IMG/VR virus record: IMGVR_UViG_3300017917_001687
Location: 1-64,000 of that record
Source of the DNA: a virus
DNA: 64,000 nt
Strand: one strand, 5' to 3'
Under the pieces are notes generated by a model. That model was not told the DNA's origin and did not search any database. It worked only from the letters and a program-made list of their open reading frames with translations. Below, in pieces: positions 10,655 through 20,885 of this stretch. Within the stretch, counting starts at the first letter, position 1, and each line of letters begins with the position of its first letter. A program made the translations under genes and the position numbers.

Positions 10655-13600
10655 ATGGTAATAGTACAGCTGGGTTCAAACAAGGGTAATGATAAATTAA
10701 CCGAATACATTAAAAATAACAACATAAATTTAGAACTGGGTTTGTTTGTTGAAGCAATTCCATTCCATATAGATGAATTAAAAGAGTGTTATAAAGATTA
10801 TCCTAATGCGGTGATAGAAAATAATGCAATAAAACTACCACGGGATGAAAAAACTGAAATGGTTATTTATTACCACTTAGATGACGGACCAAAATATGAG
10901 GTTGCATCTTTTGATAAGAACCATATATTAAAACACTATACAACCGATAATATCGAAAGTATTAAGGTACCATCAATGACCTTGGAAGAAATTTTGGATA
11001 AACACAACATAACAAAAATAGATTGGTTATTGATTGATGTTGAAGGTTTGGATGCCGAAATAGTTGAAACATTTAATTGGTCAAAATACGATATTGATAG
11101 AGTTGATGTTGAACATATACATTGGGGTATAAAAAGAGATTATTTATTCCAAAAGTTTTACGATATGGGGTATAAACATGTAGTGGCGAACGATGATAGA
11201 TATGATGTTGCGTTTGAAAAAATTATTGTTAATGATCAAAAAATAGAACATTTTTATCAAAACATTGGGGAGGATTGGTTTGGACATTCCAATTTTTATA
11301 GTGAAATTGTAAATAAATTCCCTGATGACTCACATTTTGTGGAGGTAGGTGTATGGAAAGGTAGGGGTGCTGCTTATATGGCCACAGAAATTATTAATTC
11401 TGGTAAAAAAATAAAATTTGATTGTGTGGATAATTGGGAGTATTCTGATTTACAAAAGGACATTCCTGAAAATTTATATGAAAATTTATATGAAACATTT
11501 TTAGAAAATGTAAAACCTGTTAAACATATGATTAACCCAATTAAGTTATTATCTCATGATGCATCTAAATTATATGAAAACAATTCTTTAGATTTTGTCT
11601 TTATTGATGCGGCACACGATTATGAAAATGTTAAAAGAGACATTGAATCTTGGTTACCAAAAATTAAGGTTGGTGGTATCTTAGCTGGTCACGATTATGA
11701 GACATCAATTGATGGTGTTAAAAGGGCTGTTGATGAAGTTTTTAAAAATAAAGAAATAACAAATAAAGAAAATTGTTGGATATACGAAAAAAAAAATAAT
11801 ATGAAAAATTATAAAGTAATAGACACCTTTATTTTTGGTGGAGAACTAGAAATTCTAAAAATGAGATTGGATTATTTATATGATTCAGTTGATTATTTTG
11901 TTTTTTCTGAAGCAAATAAAACACATACTGGTGAACCAAAAGAACTAACTTTTTTATCAAACATTGAAATGTTTGAAAGTTATAAGGATAAGATTCATTA
12001 TGTGATTTATGAACCAGACATTACAAATTTAAATCTTAAGGTTACTCCAGAAGATATTTTTAAATCTGATCTATGGAAATTAGAAAGAACTCAAAGAAAT
12101 CAAGTTCATAGTAAAGTTATGGAATTATCCGATCAATCAACTATGATTTTACATTCCGATTGTGATGAATTTCCTGATAAAACAAAATTTGACGAATTAA
12201 GAGAAATGACCAAAGATTTATTTTTAGAGGTCGTATCTCTTGAACAACCAACATACTATTACTCCCCTATAAATTTATTAGAAATGAGTTGGTATGGAAC
12301 GGTTGCTTTCAATCACCAAACATTAATTAATTTATCGGATTATTTTTCTGTTAGAGAAAATAGATTTCAATCAAAACACCTTGAAAATGCTGGTTGGCAC
12401 TTTTCATTTTTTGCAACACCAGAAAAAATTAAACATAAAATACAGACGTATACTCACCAAGAATATAATACACCAGAAATTGTTAATATAGAAACGATTA
12501 AAAATAAAATTTATAATGGTTTAGATGTATTAAATAGATCTGATGTTAAAATTAACAAATTAAGTGAAATCAGCTCAGAATTCCCGATGGAATTTCATAG
12601 ACATGAATTATTTTTTAAAAATACATTTGATAGGGGTTATCTAAAACCGCAACAGGTTTATAGAAAAAACATATCGATGCAAATACCATTAGAAATTGAA
12701 AATCTTCAATTAACTGTTACAAATCATAATCCTAAAGTTATTGTTGAAATTGGTACTGCCAATGGGGGTACACTCGCAAGATGGTTAGAAATACCATCAT
12801 CAGAAACAATAATTTCGATTGATTACCCAGTAGGTATACATGGTGGTCAAGGATTTGAAGAAAGAACTTATGTAATATCTGATGCTGTAGAACAATCAAA
12901 TTTGACTAAAAAAGAATTTTATGCGGTAAATGGTAATAGTAAAGATCCATATTTAATTAATCGTGTTAACGAATTATTAAACGGAAGAAAAATTGACTTC
13001 TTATTCATAGATGGTGATCACACGTATGAAGGTGTAAAAGGTGATTTTGAAATTTACAAACAATTTTTATCGGATGATGCTATTGTTGGATTTCACGATA
13101 TTATCAATAGTGAATACCATATTCAACATAATTGTTATGTATCAAAGTTTTGGAACGAACTAAAAGAAGAATACGAGTGTAAAGAATTTATTCATACTGA
13201 ACATATTGATTTAAAGATGTTACCACATTTGGGACAAACAAAAAAAGATGGTGGATTTGGTGGTATCGGTTTAATTGAATATAGAAAAAAAAAAGATTTA
13301 ACGGATAATTTATCAATCATTGTCCCAATTTATGGAAATGTGGACGACACCATAAATAATTTAAATATAACATTATCACACTCAAAAAATGTTGATGATG
13401 TTATATTGTATTCAAATGGTACTGATGATGAAGGTGTTAATAAATTAAAAAATTATGCATCGTTTGATAGTAGAATTAAATTATTCACTATTGACAAACC
13501 AATTGGGTTTGTAAAAGCGGTAAACGAATCATTAAAGAAAACAAAGAATGAATTTATTTTATGTTTAAACTCCGATGCTCATTTGTTTGGTGACTGGGAG

Positions 13601-16600
13601 AATAGATTACTACCTCTTTTTAAGAACGACAAGTATGGTGTTGTTGGACCAGTTATGGCACGTGATTTCATTCTTGGTTGTTGTTTTGGTTTTAAAAAAT
13701 CGGTAATAAACAAGATTGGTATGTTAGATGAGGGGTTTGGTTTGGGGTATGAGGATGATGTTGAGTACTCGGAAAGAGTTAAAAATTGTGGGTATGAGTT
13801 AGGGTATTGTGAATATAAAGACGACTTTGGTTGGAATCCCATGATTAATTTTCCAATTTACCACAAACAGGGTGACTCATTTAACAAAATAAGTAACAAC
13901 ATAATTGAAGATCTAGTAAACGTAAACTCAGAAAAAAGACTAAAATTTAAAACATTACAAAATGTAACGTTATTAAAAAATTTAAATTATGAAGACGTAT
14001 TACCATATTTAGAGACCAATGATAATTTAATAGTAATTAATAAATCAGGATCCGAATTTGAAAAAATTAGAAACGATGAAAATATAATTAGAAAATGTAG
14101 AGTGTTTGAAATAACCTCAAGTATGGATATAAACCAAGTTATTGATTCACTTACAAAAGGAAAATCTTATGAAATAGTTGATTATAATTACGATGAGAAA
14201 ATATCTTTGGTGGTTCCCATTTTTAATAATGTTGAAATTGCAATTGATAATATCAACACAACTCTACAATCTTCAAAAAGAATAAATGAAGTTATTTTAT
14301 TTTCAAATGGAACTAGTGATGAAGGTAATTCTTTACTAACGGACTTTGCAAATTCAAATAAAAATATTAAACTTTATTTCTCTAAAAACCCAATTGGTTT
14401 TGTTAAAGCAGTAAATGAAAGTTTCAAATTATGCACCAATGAATTAATTTTGTGTTTGAATAGTGATGCTAATCTATATTATGATTGGGAAGATAAACTA
14501 ATGATTCTATTAAAAGATAGTTCAAATGGTTTAATTGGTCCTGTTGCTGTTAATTGTAATACAATATTAGGTTGTTGTTTTATAATAAGAAAAAGTTTAT
14601 TAAATAAAATTGGAATGTTAAATGAAGGACTTGGAATGGGGTATTTTGATGATGCTGATTTAAGTTTTAGGGTTACGAATAACGGATTAAATTTAGGTTA
14701 TCACCATACAATAAACTCATGGGATAATAACACAATGGTAATTGATTTTCCTTTTAATCACTCACAAGGATTAAGTTTTTCCCAATTAAATATAGAATCC
14801 ACCAATAGTGAATTAAAAAGAAATGAAAAAAAATTAAAAAATTATTTTACATCTAATAAAGTTTTAATTTTAAAGGATTTAACACAAGATAAAATAAAAT
14901 CAATTATAGATGAGAATGGTGTCTACTTGGTTGTGAATAATAGCGGAGAAGAGTTTGAAAAAATTAGATATGATGAAGATATCGTATCAAAAACACATAT
15001 TTTTGAATGTACAAATGAAATGAATATTGATGTGTTGATAGATTCTCTCACAAAAAATAAAGAAAAATTTATTATAGACGATACTAACTACGAATCAATC
15101 AAAAGTGAAACAGATAAATTAATAATGAGGTATGATATAATTAACAGTTTAATTAAAAAAAATAATTATAAATCATATTTGGAAATAGGTGTAAGAATAC
15201 CTGACAATTGTTTTGATTTGATTGAATGTGAAACTAAACACGGGGTAGACCCTATGGTTGAAGTGGATTATCCTGTTACATTTAAATTAACCTCTGATGA
15301 TTTTTTTGATCAGAATACAAACACATATGATATAATTTTTATTGATGGATTACATTTAGATTATCAAGTAGAAAAAGATATCATCAATAGTTTAAAAATT
15401 TTAAATGACGGAGGAACCATTGTTTTACACGATTGTAATCCACCAGATGTTTATCACCAGAGAGAAAATTATTATGACATTACAACGCCAGCAAATTGGG
15501 GTTGGACAGGAACTGTATGGAAAGCCGTTGTTAAAGTTAAGTCTGAAATTGATAATATAGATCTCTGTGTTGTGGATACGGATTATGGGGTTGGTATATT
15601 ACAAAAATCAAATAATTCAAATAAAATAATTAATGACAATCCAAATTATTCTTTTGAAATCTTTGAACAAAATAAAAAATATTATTTAAATTTAATTTCT
15701 AGATTAGAGTTTTATCTAAAGTATATTTACGAACCCATAGAATTAAAAAAAAAATTAACTTGGTTAGCGAAGTATGATGATTATTCATCTATGGGTATTT
15801 TATCACAAAAAGTTTTAGAAAATCTTAAAAACACTGATATATCATGTAAAGAGATTATTGGTAAAACAGAAACAGATAACAAACTTATCTTAGATTCAAT
15901 TAAAAAATCAATTAATCATGAGTTGGGTATAATGTTTGCGTACCCTGACATGATAAACGAGCTAAACACCTTTAAAACTAAAGTAATTTATACGGGTGTT
16001 GATACAACAGGTGGTATTCCAAACTTTGCGGAAAATTGTAATAAGGCAGATTTTTTATTAACACCTTCAAATACATCAAAAGTTATGATGGAAAATCTTG
16101 GTGTAAAAAAACCAATTTTTGTTTTTCCACATGGTGTTGACACTGATTTATTTAAATTTAAAGAAAGAAAAAAATCGGATGTGTTTAAATTCTTATATGT
16201 TGGGGAGTGTTCTGACAGAAAAGGTATATTTTCTTTATTATCTGCATTTACATATCTTTTTACTAATAATTTAAATGTTGAATTACACATAAAATCAAAT
16301 ACTGCAATGTTATTCTATGGTTCAGATAAAATAAACGAAATTATAAACACACATAAAAACATTATTTGGCGCGTGAGTAACGAAGGTCACGAAAAGGTGA
16401 TTGAATTATATGACGAATGTAATGCATATGTTTACCCATCAAGAGCAGATACTTTTGGAATGACCTTAATTGAAGCAATGTCTTGTGGTTTACCGATAAT
16501 ATCAACAAACAACCCGGGTTCAACCGAATTAATTAAGGGTCGTTACTTTGAGGTTTCAAGTAAAAATGTTCCAGTTCAAAACCATCCATGGATGTTAGGT

Positions 16601-17518
16601 GAATGGGGTGAACCAAGTGTCACTGAGTTAATAAGACAAATGAAATATGTTTATAATAATTACACCCAAATAGTTGGGTCTAACATTTTACCAAATAATT
16701 CAAAACATATTCAGGAAAACTACTCATGGGATAAGGTTGTTTTGAAGTTTGAAAAAGAAATATTACCAAACCTTAAAAAAAATAGAAAAGTAATTACATT
16801 ATTAACATCTTTTAACAGACCACACCACATAAAAAATGTAATAAACTCACTAAAAGACATTAGAGAAAATGATGTGGAAAATGTTATATATGTTGTGGAA
16901 AACTCAAACCAAGAAAATAAAGAAGAAATTTTAAACATAATCAAACAAAATATTGATGATTTATTCATGATACATGTTTCTGAATTTAATTTAGGGCAGA
17001 GAGGTGCGTTGTTACAACTATTAGAGGATATTAATGTTGATGATTATGATTATATCCAATTTACCGACCAAGACAACATATTCAACGAACCAATAAGTAC
17101 GTTTTGTGATATTTTAGATGAAAACCCAGATATGTTCTTCACAACAGGATATATGAGTAAAGAACACCCTGAACTTGGTTGGAGAAAAACTCGGTTTGGT
17201 AATCTTTGTGAAAAAAGGACTTTACGAGCAGGACACATGGTAATGAGAATTAGTGATTTAAAATCATTGTTTCCAATACATTTAGACTCACAATATGGTA
17301 AAGAACACAACTCAACGTGGAATGCGGGGTTAGACTGGGAATTATCTTGTTGGAATGCAAAATCACCAGGTAGAAGATTTGCTGGTAATATTGCTTTGTG
17401 TGTTCCAGGTGGTGTGTTACACAAGGGTATTGATAGTACAATGCATGAGTGGAATGTTGAAGAATATGAATATAAATTAGAAGAATTGATTAATTTAAGA
17501 AATAAAACCAACCATTAA
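10655..17518 (+). CDS. 2287-aa multidomain methyltransferase/glycosyltransferase
   Basis: FkbM-like MTase (IDVEGLD), class I MTase (VEVGVWKG, FIDAAHDY), GT17-like (ELEILKMRL, GWHFSF), MTase (VEIGTANGG, FIDGDHTY), two GT2 (LNSDA), MTase (LEIGV, FIDGLH), GT4 (FGMTLIEAMSCGLP), C-terminal GT-A-like (TSFNRP, DQD). Confidence 0.85.
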   Translation: MVIVQLGSNKGNDKLTEYIKNNNINLELGLFVEAIPFHIDELKECYKDYPNAVIENNAIKLPRDEKTEMVIYYHLDDGPKYEVASFDKNHILKHYTTDNIESIKVPSMTLEEILDKHNITKIDWLLIDVEGLDAEIVETFNWSKYDIDRVDVEHIHWGIKRDYLFQKFYDMGYKHVVANDDRYDVAFEKIIVNDQKIEHFYQNIGEDWFGHSNFYSEIVNKFPDDSHFVEVGVWKGRGAAYMATEIINSGKKIKFDCVDNWEYSDLQKDIPENLYENLYETFLENVKPVKHMINPIKLLSHDASKLYENNSLDFVFIDAAHDYENVKRDIESWLPKIKVGGILAGHDYETSIDGVKRAVDEVFKNKEITNKENCWIYEKKNNMKNYKVIDTFIFGGELEILKMRLDYLYDSVDYFVFSEANKTHTGEPKELTFLSNIEMFESYKDKIHYVIYEPDITNLNLKVTPEDIFKSDLWKLERTQRNQVHSKVMELSDQSTMILHSDCDEFPDKTKFDELREMTKDLFLEVVSLEQPTYYYSPINLLEMSWYGTVAFNHQTLINLSDYFSVRENRFQSKHLENAGWHFSFFATPEKIKHKIQTYTHQEYNTPEIVNIETIKNKIYNGLDVLNRSDVKINKLSEISSEFPMEFHRHELFFKNTFDRGYLKPQQVYRKNISMQIPLEIENLQLTVTNHNPKVIVEIGTANGGTLARWLEIPSSETIISIDYPVGIHGGQGFEERTYVISDAVEQSNLTKKEFYAVNGNSKDPYLINRVNELLNGRKIDFLFIDGDHTYEGVKGDFEIYKQFLSDDAIVGFHDIINSEYHIQHNCYVSKFWNELKEEYECKEFIHTEHIDLKMLPHLGQTKKDGGFGGIGLIEYRKKKDLTDNLSIIVPIYGNVDDTINNLNITLSHSKNVDDVILYSNGTDDEGVNKLKNYASFDSRIKLFTIDKPIGFVKAVNESLKKTKNEFILCLNSDAHLFGDWENRLLPLFKNDKYGVVGPVMARDFILGCCFGFKKSVINKIGMLDEGFGLGYEDDVEYSERVKNCGYELGYCEYKDDFGWNPMINFPIYHKQGDSFNKISNNIIEDLVNVNSEKRLKFKTLQNVTLLKNLNYEDVLPYLETNDNLIVINKSGSEFEKIRNDENIIRKCRVFEITSSMDINQVIDSLTKGKSYEIVDYNYDEKISLVVPIFNNVEIAIDNINTTLQSSKRINEVILFSNGTSDEGNSLLTDFANSNKNIKLYFSKNPIGFVKAVNESFKLCTNELILCLNSDANLYYDWEDKLMILLKDSSNGLIGPVAVNCNTILGCCFIIRKSLLNKIGMLNEGLGMGYFDDADLSFRVTNNGLNLGYHHTINSWDNNTMVIDFPFNHSQGLSFSQLNIESTNSELKRNEKKLKNYFTSNKVLILKDLTQDKIKSIIDENGVYLVVNNSGEEFEKIRYDEDIVSKTHIFECTNEMNIDVLIDSLTKNKEKFIIDDTNYESIKSETDKLIMRYDIINSLIKKNNYKSYLEIGVRIPDNCFDLIECETKHGVDPMVEVDYPVTFKLTSDDFFDQNTNTYDIIFIDGLHLDYQVEKDIINSLKILNDGGTIVLHDCNPPDVYHQRENYYDITTPANWGWTGTVWKAVVKVKSEIDNIDLCVVDTDYGVGILQKSNNSNKIINDNPNYSFEIFEQNKKYYLNLISRLEFYLKYIYEPIELKKKLTWLAKYDDYSSMGILSQKVLENLKNTDISCKEIIGKTETDNKLILDSIKKSINHELGIMFAYPDMINELNTFKTKVIYTGVDTTGGIPNFAENCNKADFLLTPSNTSKVMMENLGVKKPIFVFPHGVDTDLFKFKERKKSDVFKFLYVGECSDRKGIFSLLSAFTYLFTNNLNVELHIKSNTAMLFYGSDKINEIINTHKNIIWRVSNEGHEKVIELYDECNAYVYPSRADTFGMTLIEAMSCGLPIISTNNPGSTELIKGRYFEVSSKNVPVQNHPWMLGEWGEPSVTELIRQMKYVYNNYTQIVGSNILPNNSKHIQENYSWDKVVLKFEKEILPNLKKNRKVITLLTSFNRPHHIKNVINSLKDIRENDVENVIYVVENSNQENKEEILNIIKQNIDDLFMIHVSEFNLGQRGALLQLLEDINVDDYDYIQFTDQDNIFNEPISTFCDILDENPDMFFTTGYMSKEHPELGWRKTRFGNLCEKRTLRAGHMVMRISDLKSLFPIHLDSQYGKEHNSTWNAGLDWELSCWNAKSPGRRFAGNIALCVPGGVLHKGIDSTMHEWNVEEYEYKLEELINLRNKTNH

Positions 17519-17532
17519 AATATTTATATTTA

Positions 17533-17901
17533 ATGGAATTTTATATTAGACAAGGTTCTTCTGAACCAATTTTAAAATTAAGACTCGTTGATGATGGTAA
17601 AAATGACAAATCATCATTCAATGATAAATTAGAAAATTGTGATATCACCTTTGATATGTACGATATTGAAACCGGTGAACCCGAAATATTGAATTCTGCT
17701 TGTCAGATAACAACAAGGGATAAAAAATATAATCAAACAACCGATGAATATTACATTGTTCATCAGTTTACTGAGACCCAAACATCAAAATTGGGTAAAT
17801 ATGAGGGTAAAGTTACTGTACAATTCCTTGATACTAACCTAAATCCCACAACAAAACTGATTTTACCAATCAAAGAAAAATTATTTATCACAATTTTTTG
17901 A
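17533..17901 (+). CDS. BppU N-terminal-like structural protein
   Basis: MEFYIRQG..P.LK..L start and Y.F....T...GKYEG pattern; preceded by TATTTATA at 17521. Confidence 0.55.
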   Translation: MEFYIRQGSSEPILKLRLVDDGKNDKSSFNDKLENCDITFDMYDIETGEPEILNSACQITTRDKKYNQTTDEYYIVHQFTETQTSKLGKYEGKVTVQFLDTNLNPTTKLILPIKEKLFITIF

Positions 17902-17936
17902 TAATTACATATTTTTTTACTATCATTCTCCTATAA

Positions 17937-17970
17937 GACTAATTACGGGTGTTCCGTAAGCTAATGTGTC
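17937..17970 (+). promoter_or_regulatory. Hairpin in DNA polymerase leader (candidate translational operator)
   Basis: TTACGG-gtgtt-CCGTAA stem, flanked by GAC/GTC; a relatively GC-rich island in an AT-rich leader. Confidence 0.4.
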
Positions 17971-17987
17971 ATTTAATTTAATTAATT

Positions 17988-20885
17988 ATGGGAGAAGTTA
18001 TTTCACAGGAAGTCATTGAGAACTTTCTTAACGGTTGGGACCCCGAAGAGTACATCGTGGGTGTTGAGTATGATTACCGAACAAACAAAATCTACAAAAT
18101 CATTCAAGATCCCGAAAGAGGGAAAATCATCAAAGAGGATTCGTTTACACCATTTCTATGGGTTTCAGACTTAAATGGTCTTAATTTTTATCAAAAGAAC
18201 AAGGCCATACAAAAGAAAAAAATGGGTGAGTATGGTATTTTAATTGAAAAATTAGAAACCCACGGAAATGAAAGGTTAGAATCAGGTATGTCTTACCTTG
18301 TTAAATCTATTAAGGGGTATACCGAATTGGTAAATTTCTTTAGACAAGGTGGTATTGATCCGTGGGGTGAGAATTATAAACAATATTTTACACTATTGTC
18401 CCCAGTTGAACAATACCTAATTCAAAAAAAGAAAAGACTATTCAAAGGGATTGATGAATATTCAGGGGTTTATCGTTTTGTATTCGATATCGAGACCACT
18501 GGACTTGAACCTGAAAAGAATGAAATAATTCTTATTGGTGTTAAAGACAACAGAGGTCTACAAAAAACAATACCAGCATTTGGTGAAGATGGTGAGAAAA
18601 AATGTATAGAAGAATTCTTTAAAATCATAAGAGAAAAGAAACCCACAATTATTGGTGGTTATAACTCAGCCTCTTTTGACTTTCCTTTTATATTAAAAAG
18701 AGCAGAAATTCTTGGTGTTGATACTCAAGGAATAACAAATGTGTTTGGTAATGGAGGTATAAAACAAAAAGAGGGTATATTAAAACTAGCCAATGAGGTT
18801 GAACCATATACCCAACACACAATATGGGGTTTTAATACTGTTGATATTGCACATGCCGTTAGAAGAGCACAAGCAATCAACTCAGAAATCAAGTCGTGGG
18901 GTTTGAAATACATCACAAAATATCTTGAAAAAGAAAAACCTAATCGTGTTTATGTTGATGGTGCTTTCATTTCAAAAATTTATTTGGATAACGAATTACA
19001 TTATATGAATCCAAAAACCGGTAAGTATAAAAAAATTGGTGAACCGGGTACTGAGAACTTATTAGAGAAATACCCTAACAAATATGAAATATGGTCGGGT
19101 AAACAAATTGTTGAACAATATCTTGATGATGACTTGTACGAAACAATGATTGTTGACGATTCATTCAGTCAATCAACATTCTTACTTTCAAAACTTGTAC
19201 CAACAACATATGAAAGAATAGCAACAATGGGTACCGCAACATTATGGAAAATTATCATGTTAGCGTGGTCTTACGAGAACAATCTTGCAATACCAACCAA
19301 AGATGAAAAAAGACCTATTACGGGTGGATTATCTCGTTTATTAAATGTGGGATATGCCAAGAACATTGTTAAGTTTGACTACGCATCACTTTACCCATCA
19401 ATCCAACTTGTGTATGATGTGTTTCCTGAATGTGATGTTATGGGTGTACAAAAATCGATGTTAAAATATTTCCGTAACATTCGTATCAAATATAAACGAC
19501 TTGCTGGTGAACTTAAAGATAAGGACCCGGTACAAGCGGAGATGTATGATCGTAAACAATTACCAATTAAGATTTTCATTAACGCATATTTTGGTTCATT
19601 ATCCGCACCACATGTATTTCCGTGGGGAGATATGAACAAAGGTGAAACAATCACATGTACAGGTCGTCAATGTCTTCGTATGATGATTATGTTCTTTGAG
19701 AAAAAGGGTTATGTACCTTTGGTTATGGATACGGATGGTGTTAACTTTTCAACACCTGACGATATTGATTCTCATACATACATCGGTAAAGGTTTAAACG
19801 AATTGGTTGAGGAAGGTAAAGAATATAAAGGAATCGAAGCAGACACCGCTGAGTTTAACGATATTTTCATGAGAGATGAAATGGGTCTTGACATTGACTA
19901 TACCGCACCTGCGTGTATTAATGTTTCAAGAAAGAACTACATCATCAAATTACTTAAGAAAGGTAAAGAAAAGATAAAATTAACCGGTAATACCATTAAG
20001 TCTAAAAAGTTACAACAATATGTTGTTGAGTTCTTAGACGAGGGTTTTAAACACCTTTTAAATGGTGATGGTTTATCGTTTGTTGAACTTTATTATGAAT
20101 ACGTAAATAAGATTTACAATAAAGAAATTCCTTTATCTAAAATTGCTAACAAATCTCGTGTTAAACAATCTGTGGAGGATTATAGAAAACATATTAAAAA
20201 GACAACCAAAGCAGGAACATTAATGTCTCGTCAAGCACATATGGAATTAGTTTTACTAAACAACTATCCGGCATCTCTTGGTGAAACGATTTATTATGTG
20301 AACAACGGGACTAAGAAGTCTTCAGGTGATGTACAAAAAATAACAAAACCAACAAAAAAATACCAAGAAGAATATTTCCAAAAACATGGTAAGTCAATAC
20401 CAAATGATTATTTGGAAATAAATTGTTACATGATTTCAGAAAAGGATATTCAGAACAATCCTGATATGACTGGTGATTATAACGTTGCTCGTTACTTAAA
20501 CATGTTCAACAAAAGGATTGAACCTTTATTGGTGGTGTTTAAACCTGAAATACGTGAAGATATATTGGTTGAAAATCCTGCCGATAGACAATATTTTACT
20601 AAAATACAATGTGATTTAGTTAATGGTTTTCCATTAAAAGAGGATGGTCAGGATAAATACGATGAAGTAATGACCTTATCGGATAGTGAGGTATTATTTT
20701 GGAATAAAGTAAGTCGTGATCCATTCTATATGTATGTTGAAGATAGTATCAAATACGCTGACCCGTATTGGGTTGAACACAATAGAAAGGTGGTTTCTTT
20801 AGAAGCGGAAAGTATTCGTAGTAATGAAGACGAAATAATTGAAAATAACGGACATGATTATGCTTATCATGCTGTTGAGTCTTAG
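17988..20885 (+). CDS. Family B DNA polymerase with 3'-5' exonuclease
   Basis: ExoI FDIETTG, ExoII GYNSASFD, ExoIII YLDDD, motif A DYASLYPS, motif B KIFINAYFG, motif C MDTDG. Confidence 0.95.
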   Translation: MGEVISQEVIENFLNGWDPEEYIVGVEYDYRTNKIYKIIQDPERGKIIKEDSFTPFLWVSDLNGLNFYQKNKAIQKKKMGEYGILIEKLETHGNERLESGMSYLVKSIKGYTELVNFFRQGGIDPWGENYKQYFTLLSPVEQYLIQKKKRLFKGIDEYSGVYRFVFDIETTGLEPEKNEIILIGVKDNRGLQKTIPAFGEDGEKKCIEEFFKIIREKKPTIIGGYNSASFDFPFILKRAEILGVDTQGITNVFGNGGIKQKEGILKLANEVEPYTQHTIWGFNTVDIAHAVRRAQAINSEIKSWGLKYITKYLEKEKPNRVYVDGAFISKIYLDNELHYMNPKTGKYKKIGEPGTENLLEKYPNKYEIWSGKQIVEQYLDDDLYETMIVDDSFSQSTFLLSKLVPTTYERIATMGTATLWKIIMLAWSYENNLAIPTKDEKRPITGGLSRLLNVGYAKNIVKFDYASLYPSIQLVYDVFPECDVMGVQKSMLKYFRNIRIKYKRLAGELKDKDPVQAEMYDRKQLPIKIFINAYFGSLSAPHVFPWGDMNKGETITCTGRQCLRMMIMFFEKKGYVPLVMDTDGVNFSTPDDIDSHTYIGKGLNELVEEGKEYKGIEADTAEFNDIFMRDEMGLDIDYTAPACINVSRKNYIIKLLKKGKEKIKLTGNTIKSKKLQQYVVEFLDEGFKHLLNGDGLSFVELYYEYVNKIYNKEIPLSKIANKSRVKQSVEDYRKHIKKTTKAGTLMSRQAHMELVLLNNYPASLGETIYYVNNGTKKSSGDVQKITKPTKKYQEEYFQKHGKSIPNDYLEINCYMISEKDIQNNPDMTGDYNVARYLNMFNKRIEPLLVVFKPEIREDILVENPADRQYFTKIQCDLVNGFPLKEDGQDKYDEVMTLSDSEVLFWNKVSRDPFYMYVEDSIKYADPYWVEHNRKVVSLEAESIRSNEDEIIENNGHDYAYHAVES

